This document shows positions 27,294 to 40,067 of a stretch of 64,000 nucleotides of DNA, piece by piece. Below the pieces are notes generated by a model. It had not been told where the DNA came from, searched no databases, and saw only the letters and a list, made by a program, of their open reading frames with translations. This DNA comes from Octopus vulgaris (taxonomy: Eukaryota), in the NCBI GenBank assembly GCA_951406725.2, contig OX597818.1:58838001-58902000 (forward strand). Direction: 5' to 3'. How positions within the stretch are numbered: the stretch's first letter is position 1; each line of letters starts with the position of its first letter. Made by a program: the position numbers and the translations under genes.

Positions 27294-28961
27294 AAACAGC
27301 AAATTATGTGGAGGAAAATATCCGAGATAGAGATGTAGAAACAGAAATGATCAGAAATTGGAAATTGAAACAGCGCCTTCGGAATGCCCAAAATGCCTCT
27401 AAACATATGTGTGACTTCACAATTGTACCGTTATACATACCCTACGTGAAATAGCACGGCTAATAAATTATTTTCAATATTATTGGAAAAAAAAGTTGTT
27501 GATCTGAAGAGAATTCTCCTTTATTTAGAGGAAACAATATTCGATCTACTAGTGAAATTCTATAAACTTTATATTTGTCAAGACCGTTTACTCGAATGTT
27601 GCACTTTAACGAAGCCAAAAATATCGAACACAATCAAAATACAAATTGAAACTGTATAATTGAAAAGAGCAGTGTTATGCGAATCTATTAATTTATACAT
27701 CGATGTAGAAAAAGAAAAAGGAAAATTCTTAAGCGTGGAATTTCTGTGGGTCACAGCAGGCGTGACGAGTATACTTGAACAGAGATGGAGAGAACTGGAG
27801 AAAGAAAGTGAAGAGGAAGGTGAAAGGAAACAGATTCTCGGTCATCAATTAGTTTTATTAAATGCTTGCGGCATTGGAATTACAGCTGTCATTGTGTTTC
27901 CCATGGCTACCGATTTCATTGACGTCACAATATGATCTATTACGTCAGAACAGAATAAAAGTTCGGTTGCTAATGACAACTGCAATTGTAGCAGCGTCCG
28001 CACTATATCCACAACAAATGCGGTCTACTTTTGTTATCTTTTTTAAGCAGTGCTTACGACGACACCGAGAACAACAACAGCAAAAATAATGGCGGTAACA
28101 TCCATATTGAAAGACAGCACGCCAGACGTTTGCTCTGCTTACTTCTAAATAGTCTGTTTGACAAAGATGTCGCTTTAGTAGACGCCGCATTGACTTTATA
28201 AGAATTAGGTCATCACCATCTACTAAAGTACAGTCACGAGACCTTTGGATAATAAAGCCGGTTAATATGGGGGCGTTTTCCATTTACGTGGAGACATGTT
28301 AGAGGTAGGAGTATTTAGTTCCTGCTGAGCAGATAAAACTATTAAGAATTAGAATATTTTGGTCAAGAATTCAAAGCACTACCCCGTCTAGGAATCGAAA
28401 CCAGTGTGCTGCGAGCGTGAGAGCAATTCACTAAAAGCAAGTCCACATACCTTTACTCAACAATTTATACGTTTCATCAAGTAATCACTGGAGAAGGGAC
28501 AATGGAAATGTACAAAGCTAGAACCCCTGGAGGAGTTAAACAGAGGCAGTTATCATCAAACTGGACATCCTCCCATTAGATTGGGAACATATGGGAACTT
28601 GGGTCAGATAATAGAGTAAAACTGGACGACAGATTACGTTTTCTAAAATACACGTATATTCACCATAAACTGATCACATGGCCTCATTCCTACACTATTT
28701 TTATACACAGACAAGAGCCTCTCATACCCACGGATACATCCATCCCAAACGCACACACATTATTTTCTGCTATGTGTTTCTCCTCTTTTTCCTTATTAGA
28801 GTGAGATATATGTGTGTGTATGTGTGATGCAGCTATGTATGTGTGTATGCATGTATATACATGCATACATGCATACATACAAACATATACATACATAATC
28901 CAAGTGTTGAGCTTGAAGCTCACTTTCTCCCTACACCTCTAGATATATATATATATATATA

Positions 28962-28990
<29 letters not shown>

Positions 28991-28992
<2 letters not shown>

Positions 28993-29545
28993 CGTGGGTG
29001 AGTCAAAAAGTAATGCCATTTTATTTAGCACAAGTATAATTACCAACACAGGAACATGTGTCATATACCAAAATGAAACTTTGAATTTTTATCCCCTAAT
29101 GCAACAATCAATGCTCAAGTCTAATGTCAGAAATTAGAGCGGTTGAGCCAAGCTTTGAACAAAAAAAGACCCGCTTTAGTGAATCGAAAAGGAGTGACGT
29201 TTCATCAGGACAATGCGCGACTCCACACGGCAAAGATCACATCACAGAAATTCTAAGAGCATGGTTGGGAAAACTATTCCTCATCCACCTTCTTCTGACC
29301 TTGCTCCTTCAGACTAACATTTGTTTCGTAGTTTACAGGATTATTTGTGGGACATAACTTTCGCAAGCCAGGAGGAGATCGAAACTGATACTTCAGAGTT
29401 CTTCGCTTTGAAACTAAAAGAGTTTTACATTGATAGGATTAAACAGTTTGTAAATAGATGTAAGGAAGTCATAGATAATCAAGGAAAATACATTGATGAT
29501 TAAATTTCAATTAAATATAATATTTTATCACTTGTATTATTTATT
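28991..29545 (+). mobile_element. Internally deleted mariner relic
   Basis: TA-CGTGGGTGAGTCAAAAAGT terminus; FHQDNARLH, DLAPSD*HLFRSLQ, RCKEVIDNQGKYIDD*. Confidence 0.8.
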
Positions 29546-30084
29546 CAAATGATATATGGATATGAAAAAGGGGAGAAAAAATTTCAGATATAACTAAATT
29601 AGGCGATAATGTATAATTTAATATATGATAATATAAGGTTGCAGCATATAACAAATTTTATGAAAAAAAAATGTTAATTTATAAATTGCCAGCAAAATTG
29701 TTATACTATGAAAACTTCAAAAATGTAAGGAAATTATAAATAAAGATAACAAAAGTAATCACAAGTATAAATATAAAATATAAGAAAATATAAACGATTG
29801 ATGAACATATAAAAGCAATATGAGATTAATTTATTTAAAATGTATAATGTGTAAAAAGTATAGGAATTTTATAAATTTAGGTTCACAGTGGGATATATGA
29901 AAACAATTTCAAAACTGTCAAAATATTGATAAAACATAAAAAAATTGTAAAAATTATATGAATAGTATATAAAATCTTAAGCTATAAGGATATAAGATTT
30001 ATAAAATATACGAGGAAATATAAGAAAATATCTCAGAGAAGAATTATATTAAAAACTATAATGAAAAATTTTAATAAGTTAAAT

Positions 30085-30490
30085 AGGAGTGGCTGTGTGG
30101 TAAGTAGCTTGCTAACCAACCACATGGTTCCGGGTTCAGTCCCACTGCGTGGCATCTTGGGCAAGTGTCTTCTGCTATAACCCCGGGCCGACCAATGCCT
30201 TGTGAGTGGATATGGTAGACGGAAACTGAAAGAAGCCTGTCGTATATATGTATGTATATATAAGTGTGTATGTATATGTTTGTGTGTCTGTGTTTGTCCC
30301 CCTAGCATTGCTTGACAACCGATGCTGGTGTGTTTACGCCCCCGTCACGTAGCGGTTCGGCAAAGGAGACCGATAGAATAAGTACTGGGCTTACAAAGAA
30401 TAAGTCCCGGGGTCGATTTGCTCGACTAAAGGCGGTGCTCCAGCATGGCCGCAGTCAAATGACTGAAACAAGTAAAAGAGTAAAAGAGAG
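30085..30490 (+). mobile_element. SINE family A
   Basis: Full-length match. Confidence 0.9.
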
Positions 30491-30619
30491 AGAGAGTATA
30501 AGTAGCCAATAAAAGATACTATACTAAGATATAGAGAAAGGAAAGATGGTAATATAAAATGATAACAAGATCACTCAGAGAGCGAAAACCTCCGCCAAGG
30601 TAACACCAACGTTCTGTTG

Positions 30620-32400
30620 TTTTCATTACTTACATAGGGGCCAAACATAGATGGAACATTACAAAACAGTACAGGGCACATGATCGGGGAAATATATTTA
30701 CAAAAAGAAATCGATGAAGAAGAAAAAATAAAAAGAAAGAATGAAAATATAAAAACGATAACATGAGGCGCAATGCCCACTCGAACCCACCCCAGTCGAG
30801 TGGTTACATTTAAACGTTAATTTTTGAGCAGTCTTCTTTTTCCTTTTAAAAGCTCATATATTCATTTTTAAATGTTCATATTTTACAATATTTTAACGCT
30901 TTCCAAGGCTTTATGTTGAATTATGGGTGGTAGGGTATGAATCTCCACCAACCCGCCAATGGAAATTACATACTTTGCATATGTTTTTATAAACGTGTTG
31001 TATCTGTCTTTGTGCCATAATACACACTTTTGTCCATCCATGAAATCCTCCCTGGGTAGTTTCACCCTAATTAAATCCCTTCACTTGGAAATCCTTTTTC
31101 CACTTCCACATTCTTCCCGTAGTAAACTACAAATGCCTTATTTTTCAAAACATGCTGTTCAGTACCTTCTAATGATACCCGCCCTTTTGGTTCTCTTGCA
31201 ACCGTCTGCATGTATTTAAATATAGCCGGTTCCTTACCTCTTTTGGATGTCTCATCCGGTTCTGGTGCTGGTCTCTCAGAGTTGTGCTATGTTGTCACCT
31301 TTTCCCTCCTTTTGGGGCTGACAAACCCGTCACTTCCCTCAATTGTCGCTTCCGTTGTGCCTTTCTTTTACTCCACTTCTTCCGTATCTCTAGCGCACTC
31401 CATATCACTTTTGCTGTCTCCGTCCGTTATTATGGCACTTGATACTTTGGTCTCAATTGCTTCTTGGTCCCTCTCAACAGCCATCTTACTCTGATGAGGC
31501 TGGTGCTTGGGACACTGCGTCTTCATGTGTCCTCTTATTCCACACTCATAGCAATTTCGTCTTCGTCCTTCAAAAACCACTTTGAGGGAACACTCTCCCG
31601 GAATCTCTATCTGGTAAGAGACCCTTTCGATGTCCTTGAAAGTAGCAAAAAGCCACATCACGACACCGAACCACTTTGAGGGAACACTCTCCCGGAATCT
31701 CTATCTGGTAAGAGACCCTTTCGATGTCCTTGAAAGTAGCAAAAAGCCACATCACGACACCGAACACCCCACCTGTTCAACTTGATAGTTTTTCCCACTG
31801 ATATTATTTCGGGATTCTCCTCGGTGGTAGCCATAACAGCTGCTACCAACCACCCTAGCTTTATTTCTGGTGGCACATTTCTAATGCGAATGCGTACACT
31901 GCTCCTGCGCCTGTATGTGGGCAATAGCGTCACGTTTTAACTGCGTAAAATAGTGGAGGAATGTGAGACAGCCTCTTCTTTGGTGGCAAACCTCACTTCC
32001 ACCGTACCATACTTTTTCAGCTGACGAATGTTGCCGTTTTCAAAATGGATACCAAACATGCCTTCACGTCATCCTACGATACGATCCTAATTTTATGGGT
32101 GGCGACTGCTTGCGTGCGGTACACCACCGTCCTGTCACTTTTATCCTCGAGCGTTTCTTCTGGAGGGACTTGCTTTATTGTGTTTCCCTCCTTTCGTATA
32201 AATCGTTCACTTCTTCGTATTTCCTCCTTATTCACTATTATCTGTTTCAGGTCAAATGATGGTGCCGCTCTTACTGCAGCGGCATTTGCGTAGCTCTCAC
32301 CGTTTTTCCATATTAAATAACGAACCTTTCAGCTCCACAATGGGGGAGAAAACATCAAAAATACCGACGCGTGAGTCGCTCAACGATAAAGAGTGATACA
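30620..32400 (-). mobile_element. LINE ORF1 (gag-like)-only element, disrupted
   Basis: SYANAAAV N-terminal motif, VRIRIRNVPPEI (RRM-like), zinc knuckle CYECGIRGHMKTQC; coding ends near 30883, followed by a UTR-like tail. Confidence 0.65.
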
Positions 32401-32434
32401 TAACAATTCTTCAAGAGCGCACAGTCTCGAAGAG

Positions 32435-32815
32435 TGGAGGCGCAATGGCCCAGTGGTTAGGGCAGCGGACTCGCGGTCATAGGATCGCGGTTTCGATTCC
32501 CAGACCGGGCGTTGTGAGTGTTTATTGAGCGAAAACACCTAAAGTTCCACGAGGCTCCGGCAGGGATGGTGGTGATCCCTGGTGTACTCTTTCACCACAA
32601 CTTTCTCTCACTCTTACTTCCTGTTTCTGTTGTACCTGCATTTCAAAGGGCCGGCCTTGTCACTCTCTGTGTCACGCTGAATATCCCTGAGAACTACGTT
32701 AAGGGTACACGTGTCTGTGGAGTGCTCAGCCACTTACACATTAATTTCACGAGCAGTCTGTTCCGTTGATTCGGATCAACCGGAACCCTCGTCGTCGTAA
32801 CCGACGGAGTGCTTC
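32435..32815 (+). mobile_element. SINE family C, full-length
   Basis: A box TGGCCCAGTGG, B-box-like GGTTTCGATTCC; 15-bp TSD CACAGTCTCGAAGAG at 32420 and 32816. Confidence 0.92.
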
Positions 32816-34020
32816 CACAGTCTCGAAGAGACAGGCTTTAACATGCCGCAAAAATCCAAAACCGTGACCAAGAATGACGAAACTCAGAACTAAAACAAAC
32901 AAGTTGTTAGTCTGCAACACCGACGTCCTGGTTTCTTTTATTAGGCACAAGGCCTCTATAAAGAAGGGCAACACGGACACAGACAAATGAGAATATCTGA
33001 AATAAATTCGACTATTCTCACAAACGAGAATACTAAAAAGCAAGTAATACATAATTTACCGTTGATAAAATAGCTGTTCATAGCTGTTTCTTTCCCCCCA
33101 GAATATGCAGTTAGGGATTACCTTTTCTGATTTTCCTTTCGTTTTATTTTTTGCAGACTCTGTAAGAGACTATATATATATATAATGGCTCCCTCAAATG
33201 TGAATAACAGATATACCGCTACAAAAAATATCAAATGCATCAGCGACAAAAATAGACATTCGAGACGAGGGTCAATGTAACAGGCCTTTTCACATGTGCT
33301 GTAGTTGTTAAAAATAATGCAATGCAGGATCATGCGACTTGAGCCTGGAATGTAAATATGCTTATTTACGTTGTTATGTCTCAAGAACAGTGACATTTTG
33401 AGCCTTCCCACTTATCACCGCCCAAGAGAATTCTCCAAATAACAAAACTCTTCTTGGTATCCAGAATGTTACATCTGCGAAATAAACTGACACATCCATG
33501 CGTGTACAGAACAATACAGTGGTATATGAATATTTATAACTATTCAAAATTCTCAACTAACCGATAAATCATTTGATAAAAACCTGACACGCGTTTCGCT
33601 CGTATTTATTTTCTTGAAATCAGTAGTATTTGTTTCATTCTAGTATATTCTATATCCAACAGCTAAGCAACATGAGGTAAACGTTAATAATTCAATGGAT
33701 CAAAATACATATCAAATTTAACGTGTTCCTTTTCTTATGTTATTAGATTTCTATAAAATAATATACAACAAAATACAGACAGGAAATCTTAACTACGAAT
33801 CTCTGTGTATTCAATATTTTAGTGAATTTTCCTTCCTTTCTCTCAAGGTGGGGGCAGAAAAGAAAAAGAAAGCCATTCAAAAGCTTTAAACCATTGTTGC
33901 ATAGGATATTTCCGTTCATTGATTATGTATAAATAATTGTATGTCCGTCAGAGGTATATATGTGCGAGTCAGAACATTACCTATGTTTTAGTTTCTGTGC
34001 GCAAATGTGTGCTTGTGCAA

Positions 34021-34608
34021 GGCGGGAAGCTGGCTGAGTGGTTAGCACGCCGGGCGAAATGCTTAGCGGTATTTCGTCTGCCGTTACGTTCTGAGTTCAA
34101 ATTCCGCCGAGGTCGACATTAACTTTCATCCTTTCGGGGTCGATAAATTAAGTACCAGTTACGCACTGGAGTCGGTGTAATCTACTTAATCCCTTTGTTT
34201 GTCCCCTCTGTGTTTAGCCCCTTTGTGGGTAGTAAAGAAATATGTATTTCGTCTGTCTTTACGTTCTGAGTTCAAATTCCTCCGAGGTCGACTTTACCTT
34301 GCATCCTCTCGGGGTCGATTACATAAGTACCAGTTACGCACTGGGTCGATATAATCCACTTAATCCGTTTGTCTGTCCTTGTTTGTCCCCTTTGTGTTTA
34401 GCCACTTGTGGGTAGTAAAGAAATAGGTATTTCGTCTGTCTTTATGTTCTGAGTTCAAATTCCTACGAGGTCGACTTTGCTGTTCACCCTATCGTGGTCG
34501 ATTAAATAAGTACCAGTTACGCACTGGGGCCGATGTAATCGACTTAATCCCTTTGCCTGTCCTTGCTTGTCCCCTCTATTTCAGCCCCATGTGGACAATA
34601 AAGAAATA
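34021..34608 (+). mobile_element. SINE family B with a triplicated body
   Basis: One 5' head, then TATTTCGTCTG...GTAAAGAAATA three times (starting near 34070, 34245, 34428). Confidence 0.85.
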
Positions 34609-34948
34609 AATGTGGTTGTGTGTGAAAATTCGTGTGTGTTTATCTGTACGCATGAATTACTTTTGGATGGATGAATGTGTCAGATATGTCTATAATTGAA
34701 AAATTATTTTCCCTACCACTACTTCTCCCGTTTTAGTTTTATTCCCTTTCTCTTTCTCATCCATATTCTAAATATTTTCATATTTGATTTACACATTTGT
34801 TTTCTCTTTGTTTCGGGTTTTGTGATATTAGTTTTTCGGATTAATTACCACTTTAATTTGATGAAACACAAATTGAAAAACAATCCGCCTGTTAAAACTA
34901 TTAGAGCAGTTGCAAATTCTATGGATACACACACAGACACACACACAG

Positions 34949-35008
<60 letters not shown>

Positions 35009-35438
35009 GTATGAATATTGTAAATTATACGTTGGGTATGAACTACAATTAAGAAAAAAGCTCATTATTTAATATTTATGGATGGAAATGCCTAATTGGT
35101 TTTGCAATTAGTAAGCGGTAGTTTATTCGTTAATAATATGACAAAAGAATATGAAATATATTTTCCAATCCAAAGACATTGTGTGCGCGGCGCAATATAA
35201 CAAAAACAGTTAATACTGTTTATTTGCAAGGAACAAGTAAAATTGGGAGAGTTTGATTTCCTTAGGGTGCTGTCTGGTACGAATGGTGCTAGGATGGTAA
35301 GAAAACATTCATCTTGATATCATTAAAATATCACACGAAATAACTGAGTCGAGTCTATTACCTGTCAACGACATTGTAGGAATCAATCAGAATATGCTCA
35401 TGTCATACAGATAGTGTTTCCTTTTTCAAAAAATCTAA

Positions 35439-35799
35439 GCAGGAGTGGCTATGTGGTAAGTAGCTTGCTTACGACCCACATGGTTTCGGGCTAAGTCCCA
35501 CTGAATAGTACTTTGGTCAAGTGTCTTGTACTATAGCCTCGGGCCGACCAAAGCCTTGTGAGTGGATTTGGTAGACGGAAACTGAAAGAATCCCGTCGTA
35601 TATATGTGTCTGTGTCCCTCCAACATCGCTTGACAACCGATGCCGGTGCGTTTACATCCCCGTAACCTAGCGGTTCGCAAAACAGACCGACATAATAAGT
35701 ACTAGGCTTACAAAGAATAAGTCCTGGGGTCGATTTGCTAGACTAAATGTGGTGCTCCAGCATGGCCGCAGTCAAATGACTGAAAAAGAATAAAAGAGT
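35439..35799 (+). mobile_element. SINE family A, older copy
   Basis: Diverged match with a very short internal microsatellite. Confidence 0.85.
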
Positions 35800-36388
35800 A
35801 TATATCTCTCACTTAATATTTTGCCATACTTATAACAACCCGCAATATTGCGCCCTTTCAAACTGAAATATTCCAGAGTTATATTAATTCTTATCTTTCT
35901 TTATATAACGGTTAATATAATATCCAAACCTTTTTCTACATTATTCATCCATAGCTGTAATTAATTTTTTTTTGTTTTGGATGGCGGTGTGATCCCTTTT
36001 CTTTAAACTTCTAGTGTTCTCAACAGTTCTGATTACATCAATAAAAACACATCTGTCGCATTATTCGAACGAAATTACCTTCGTAGGACGATGCCGCTTT
36101 ACTTAGTTGTCACGTAATATGCTGAAAATGCTAAACATGCGATTTCGTTGCCTACCTGTATAAAGTTATTTTTCTTTCGGTTTCCGATGTTGCTCGCTTG
36201 TTACTCCGTCTCACCACATTATCCAGAATACTAACATCAGTGAACGTAGTTCTTAGTGTAAGAGCAAATCTCTTTCTCTGATATAATTTAGAGAGATCGT
36301 TCCTAAATATCTACAAATTATTAAGTTACAAATATTTGAAGTAATCAGAACAGATTTTCAATATAAACAGCAATATACGTTAGAGGTT

Positions 36389-36596
36389 CTACTCTTTTAC
36401 TTGTTTCAGTCATGTGACTGTGGCCATGCTGGAGCACCAAATTTAGTCGAGCAAATCGAACCCAGTACTTATTCTTTGTAAGCCCAGTACTTATTCTATC
36501 GGTCTATTTTGCCGAATCGCTAAGTTATGGGGACGGAAACACACCAGCATCGGCTGTCAAGCGATGTTGGGGGGACAAACACAGACACACAAACAT

Positions 36597-36633
<37 letters not shown>

Positions 36634-36792
36634 CATATATACGACGGGCTTCTTTTAGTTTCCGTCTAACAAATCCACTCACAAGGTTTTTGGTCGGCCC
36701 GAGGCTATAGCAGAAGACATGTGCCCAAGAGGCCACGCAGTGGGACTGAACTCGGAATCATGTGGTTCGGAAGCCAGCTACTTACCACACAG
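36389..36792 (-). mobile_element. SINE family A
   Basis: Reverse-complement match. Confidence 0.88.
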
Positions 36793-37264
36793 CTACTAAT
36801 GTGTTTTGTATATAAACCTATAGTTTGTCGCAGCATCTACTTTTACATAAGACATGCTTTGTGATCTAAAAATAGTACTCCTTTTCTCGCACAATTAAAT
36901 ACAGTAATGCCCAACTAATATATATTATAAATATTTGAGCAAAATCTAGACAGTTCATTGCTAAATGACTATAAATTTGAAGGTACAAATTCTGCTCAAA
37001 AAAATACTTGAGGCACCTCGCGTATATATATATATATATATATATTTTTTTGCCAAGAATCTTGTAGATCATCAGAAGCATTAGTTTTCTCCAAACATTA
37101 TTTGGTCAATATAAATAACTCAGACTTTGATAGAGTTAATGAATCTACGCTTGCGGTTACATGCAAAATTTAAGTTATAACATTTAAGCGCCACGTACGC
37201 ATACACATATTCAACGAACACACACATATATACATACATATATGTATATATTTCTGTGTGTGTA

Positions 37265-37286
37265 TATGTGCATGTATATATATATG

Positions 37287-37344
<58 letters not shown>

Positions 37345-37586
37345 CATATATATATATGTATATACATACATACATACATACATACATACATACATACATA
37401 CATACATACATACATACATACATGCATACATACATACATATATGTATATATATATATATGTATATATATACATAAAAGAGAGTGGTACAGGTACGCAGTC
37501 CGACAACGCTTATGTAAATATATATTACAATACATACGGAAACACACACATACCAATGGAAGCAGATAGATAGATAGATAGATAGT

Positions 37587-37674
<88 letters not shown>

Positions 37675-37675
37675 A
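37265..37675. repeat. (TA)n/(TACA)n/(GATA)n microsatellite cluster
   Basis: Seen directly in the sequence. Confidence 0.95.
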
Positions 37676-38359
37676 ATGCAGACAGCAACCTGAAATAGAT
37701 AATTCATTTTGCTGAAATGAGATGAGAAAACTTTTTTTCAAGGAAAACAGCCACAGGCACAGCAAGGTATAAATATAGATGTGTAAAAATATATAGACAA
37801 AACTCTAAAATGAAAATAATTAAGAAAATTATATAAAAAGAGAATAAGAAATTTATAATGGTTATTTATATATAAGTAGAATATATTAGAAAAGTCATTA
37901 AGCAGAATAAAATTAAGAGAAATGTAATGAAACATAATAAGATTAATAGCGAAATGTAGGTCATCTCTAGAAGTGCATATAAATGACCAATGTGTTTATG
38001 TTGATAAGGTAAAAACAAAGAGCACAATAGCAATGCTGAAAGATAAAATTGTATAATGTATCATATACACTTAGAAATGAATGCATACATATATATACAT
38101 ATAAGGGGCTGGAGTGTGCATACACAAATATATATGCAAAAGCGAGTAGGCATGCATGTGTGATGTGAGATACGTGTGTGTTTGGCTATTCTTTCTACTT
38201 AAAAGTAGAAAGAATAGCCAAAACCTTTTGACTGCTATTTCTAAATTCGGTGTGTGGTGAGGCAAATCGTTCCTGAACCCTTAATTACTTAGTATTACGT
38301 AAACCTTCCTTGAATAGGACTTTTACATGCCGAACTCTACTTGGTGAAATTAATGATTA

Positions 38360-38743
38360 CTAGCAGTATCGCCCGGCGTTGCTCGGGTTTGTAAGGGAAA
38401 TAACTATAAAGCATTTTTAGAGAGTTATAGCCAAAAAATAGCAAAAAAATGGGGAAAAAAATGATGGTAAATTTTTTTGATAGTTAAAAAGGTCGAGTTG
38501 CGTCCCCTAGACCATCGGTGGTTTGTGTTTCTGATTGTCGACCCCATGTCGAATTTATCGATCTTTTTCAGAACTGGGGGAGCTTTTCAAAATTTTCGCT
38601 GCGTTAGTTTTGAATTATGACATTGGGCTATGTGTGCGTCAAGTTTCATCAGAATCGGTTGAAAGCCGTTGTCAGGGTGAGGGTACAACCTGACAGACAC
38701 ACAGAAACACGCACAGACAAACTGCCGTTTATATAGAGAGAGA
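38360..38743 (-). mobile_element. Non-autonomous Helitron
   Basis: On the minus strand: A|TC...hairpin CCCGAGCAACGCCGGG...CTAG|T, no TSD. Confidence 0.85.
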
Positions 38744-38775
38744 TTTCTAAATTAATTAATTTCACCCTTTATTAT

Positions 38776-38814
<39 letters not shown>

Positions 38815-38816
<2 letters not shown>

Positions 38817-39090
38817 TGAGAAAATTGGTGTGTGAAAGCACGTGGTTGGATATATAGAAAATAGAAAAGAGTGCAAAAACTACAGAAGGCTTGTTTTATA
38901 AGGTTAAAGAATGTATTTAAGTCGTTATGTTAGGAGAATGTTATAAAACTTTTCATATAGTAACATAGCTTTTGAAGAAATTACCGGTTTCGTGTTAACT
39001 TTTCATTCTCCTAACATAACGACTTAAATATATTCTTTAATCTTATAAAAAAAGGCCTTCTGTAGTTTTTTCACTCTTTTCTATTTTCTA

Positions 39091-39093
<3 letters not shown>
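38815..39093. mobile_element. Fold-back derivative of the Penelope 3' end, in (TA)n
   Basis: 38815-39005 matches 43263-43458; inverted arms 38852-38940 and 39004-39093. Confidence 0.8.
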
Positions 39094-39174
<81 letters not shown>

Positions 39175-39340
39175 CATAACGGGAAGGTTTACGAAAATAA
39201 ACAAAAGACGAAGGCAGGTGGAGTACAAACAAGCAAATGTATTAGTATGGCGCTCAGGAATAGAAATAGAACAAGACTTTTACGTTTCGAGCCTACGCTC
39301 TTCGACAGAAAAATACACAGAAAAAAAACAAGGAGAGAAT
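39175..39340 (-). mobile_element. Penelope pseudo-LTR-like fragment with hammerhead-like motif
   Basis: Minus 39312-39277: TTTT-CTGTCGA-A-GAGC-gtag-GCTC-GAAAC-GTA-AAAG; related to 8181-8375. Confidence 0.55.
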
Positions 39341-39451
39341 ATATACAATAATAATAATAAGGGTAAAATTAATTAATTAATTAGTAATTAATAATTTTAC
39401 CAAGCAGTGTTCTGTATGTAAAAGAACCAGTTAACGGTAAATTTAAACATT

Positions 39452-39613
39452 ATTTTATATAATAGTGTTGAGCAAAAAAATTGCTTTACCACACACTGAA
39501 CTTTTAGAAATAGCAGCCAAAGAATAGAAGAAATAGCTAAATTATTTGGCTGCTATTTCTAAAAGTTCGGTGTGTGGTAAAGCAATTTTTTTGCTGAACC
39601 TATTATATAAAAT
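39452..39613. repeat. Inverted repeat, ~70-bp arms (TTAGAAATAGCAGCCAAA family)
   Basis: AGCAAAAAAATTGCTTTACCACACAC..CTTTTAGAAATAGCAGCCAAA and its reverse complement starting at 39545. Confidence 0.85.
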
Positions 39614-40067
39614 TTATATATATACATATACATGTAAGTAGGTGCATGCGTGTGTGTACGTGTATATATAAATAGTTTATTTTTCCGTTAAGGTAATAAT
39701 AAAAAAGGACTCCATACAGTGAGAGATAAATACCATTTAATATACGCTCCTATGTTGTAATCTAACCCCTAATAATAGTTTCCATTAAGACACGTGTTTT
39801 GTAGGCTTTTAGAATTGCTTTAGTTTCCAAGCAATCTTTAAGGCTGTAAGCACATATTTAGTTCTATTTTATAATGGATATGTGGAGGCGCAATGGCCCA
39901 GTGGTTAGGGTAGCGGACTCGCGTAGGATCGCGGTTTCGATTCCCAGACCGGGCGTTGTGAGTGTTTATTGAGCGAAAACACCTAAAAGCTCCACGAACC
40001 TCCGGCAGGGGATGGTGGTGATCCCTGCTGTACTCTTTCACCACAACTTTCTCTCATTCTTACTTCC
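39537..40067 (+). repeat. Left copy of ~530-bp direct duplication (includes the 5' half of a family C SINE)
   Basis: Near-identical to 41550-42084 with about ten differences. Confidence 0.92.

Noticed and set aside
27945-28283. ORF with LVDGDDLILI (RT-like); similar faint LINE traces at 22050-22750, 57400-57900 and 59600-59990
   Set aside because: Too decayed to assign family or boundaries from single motifs.
32435-32510. tRNA genes at SINE heads
   Set aside because: They continue into SINE bodies with TSDs and do not form complete cloverleaves.
33583-33628. GAAAC-GC-GTG hammerhead-like half on the minus strand
   Set aside because: It lacks a proper CUGANGA box, and GUG is not a cleavable NUH triplet.
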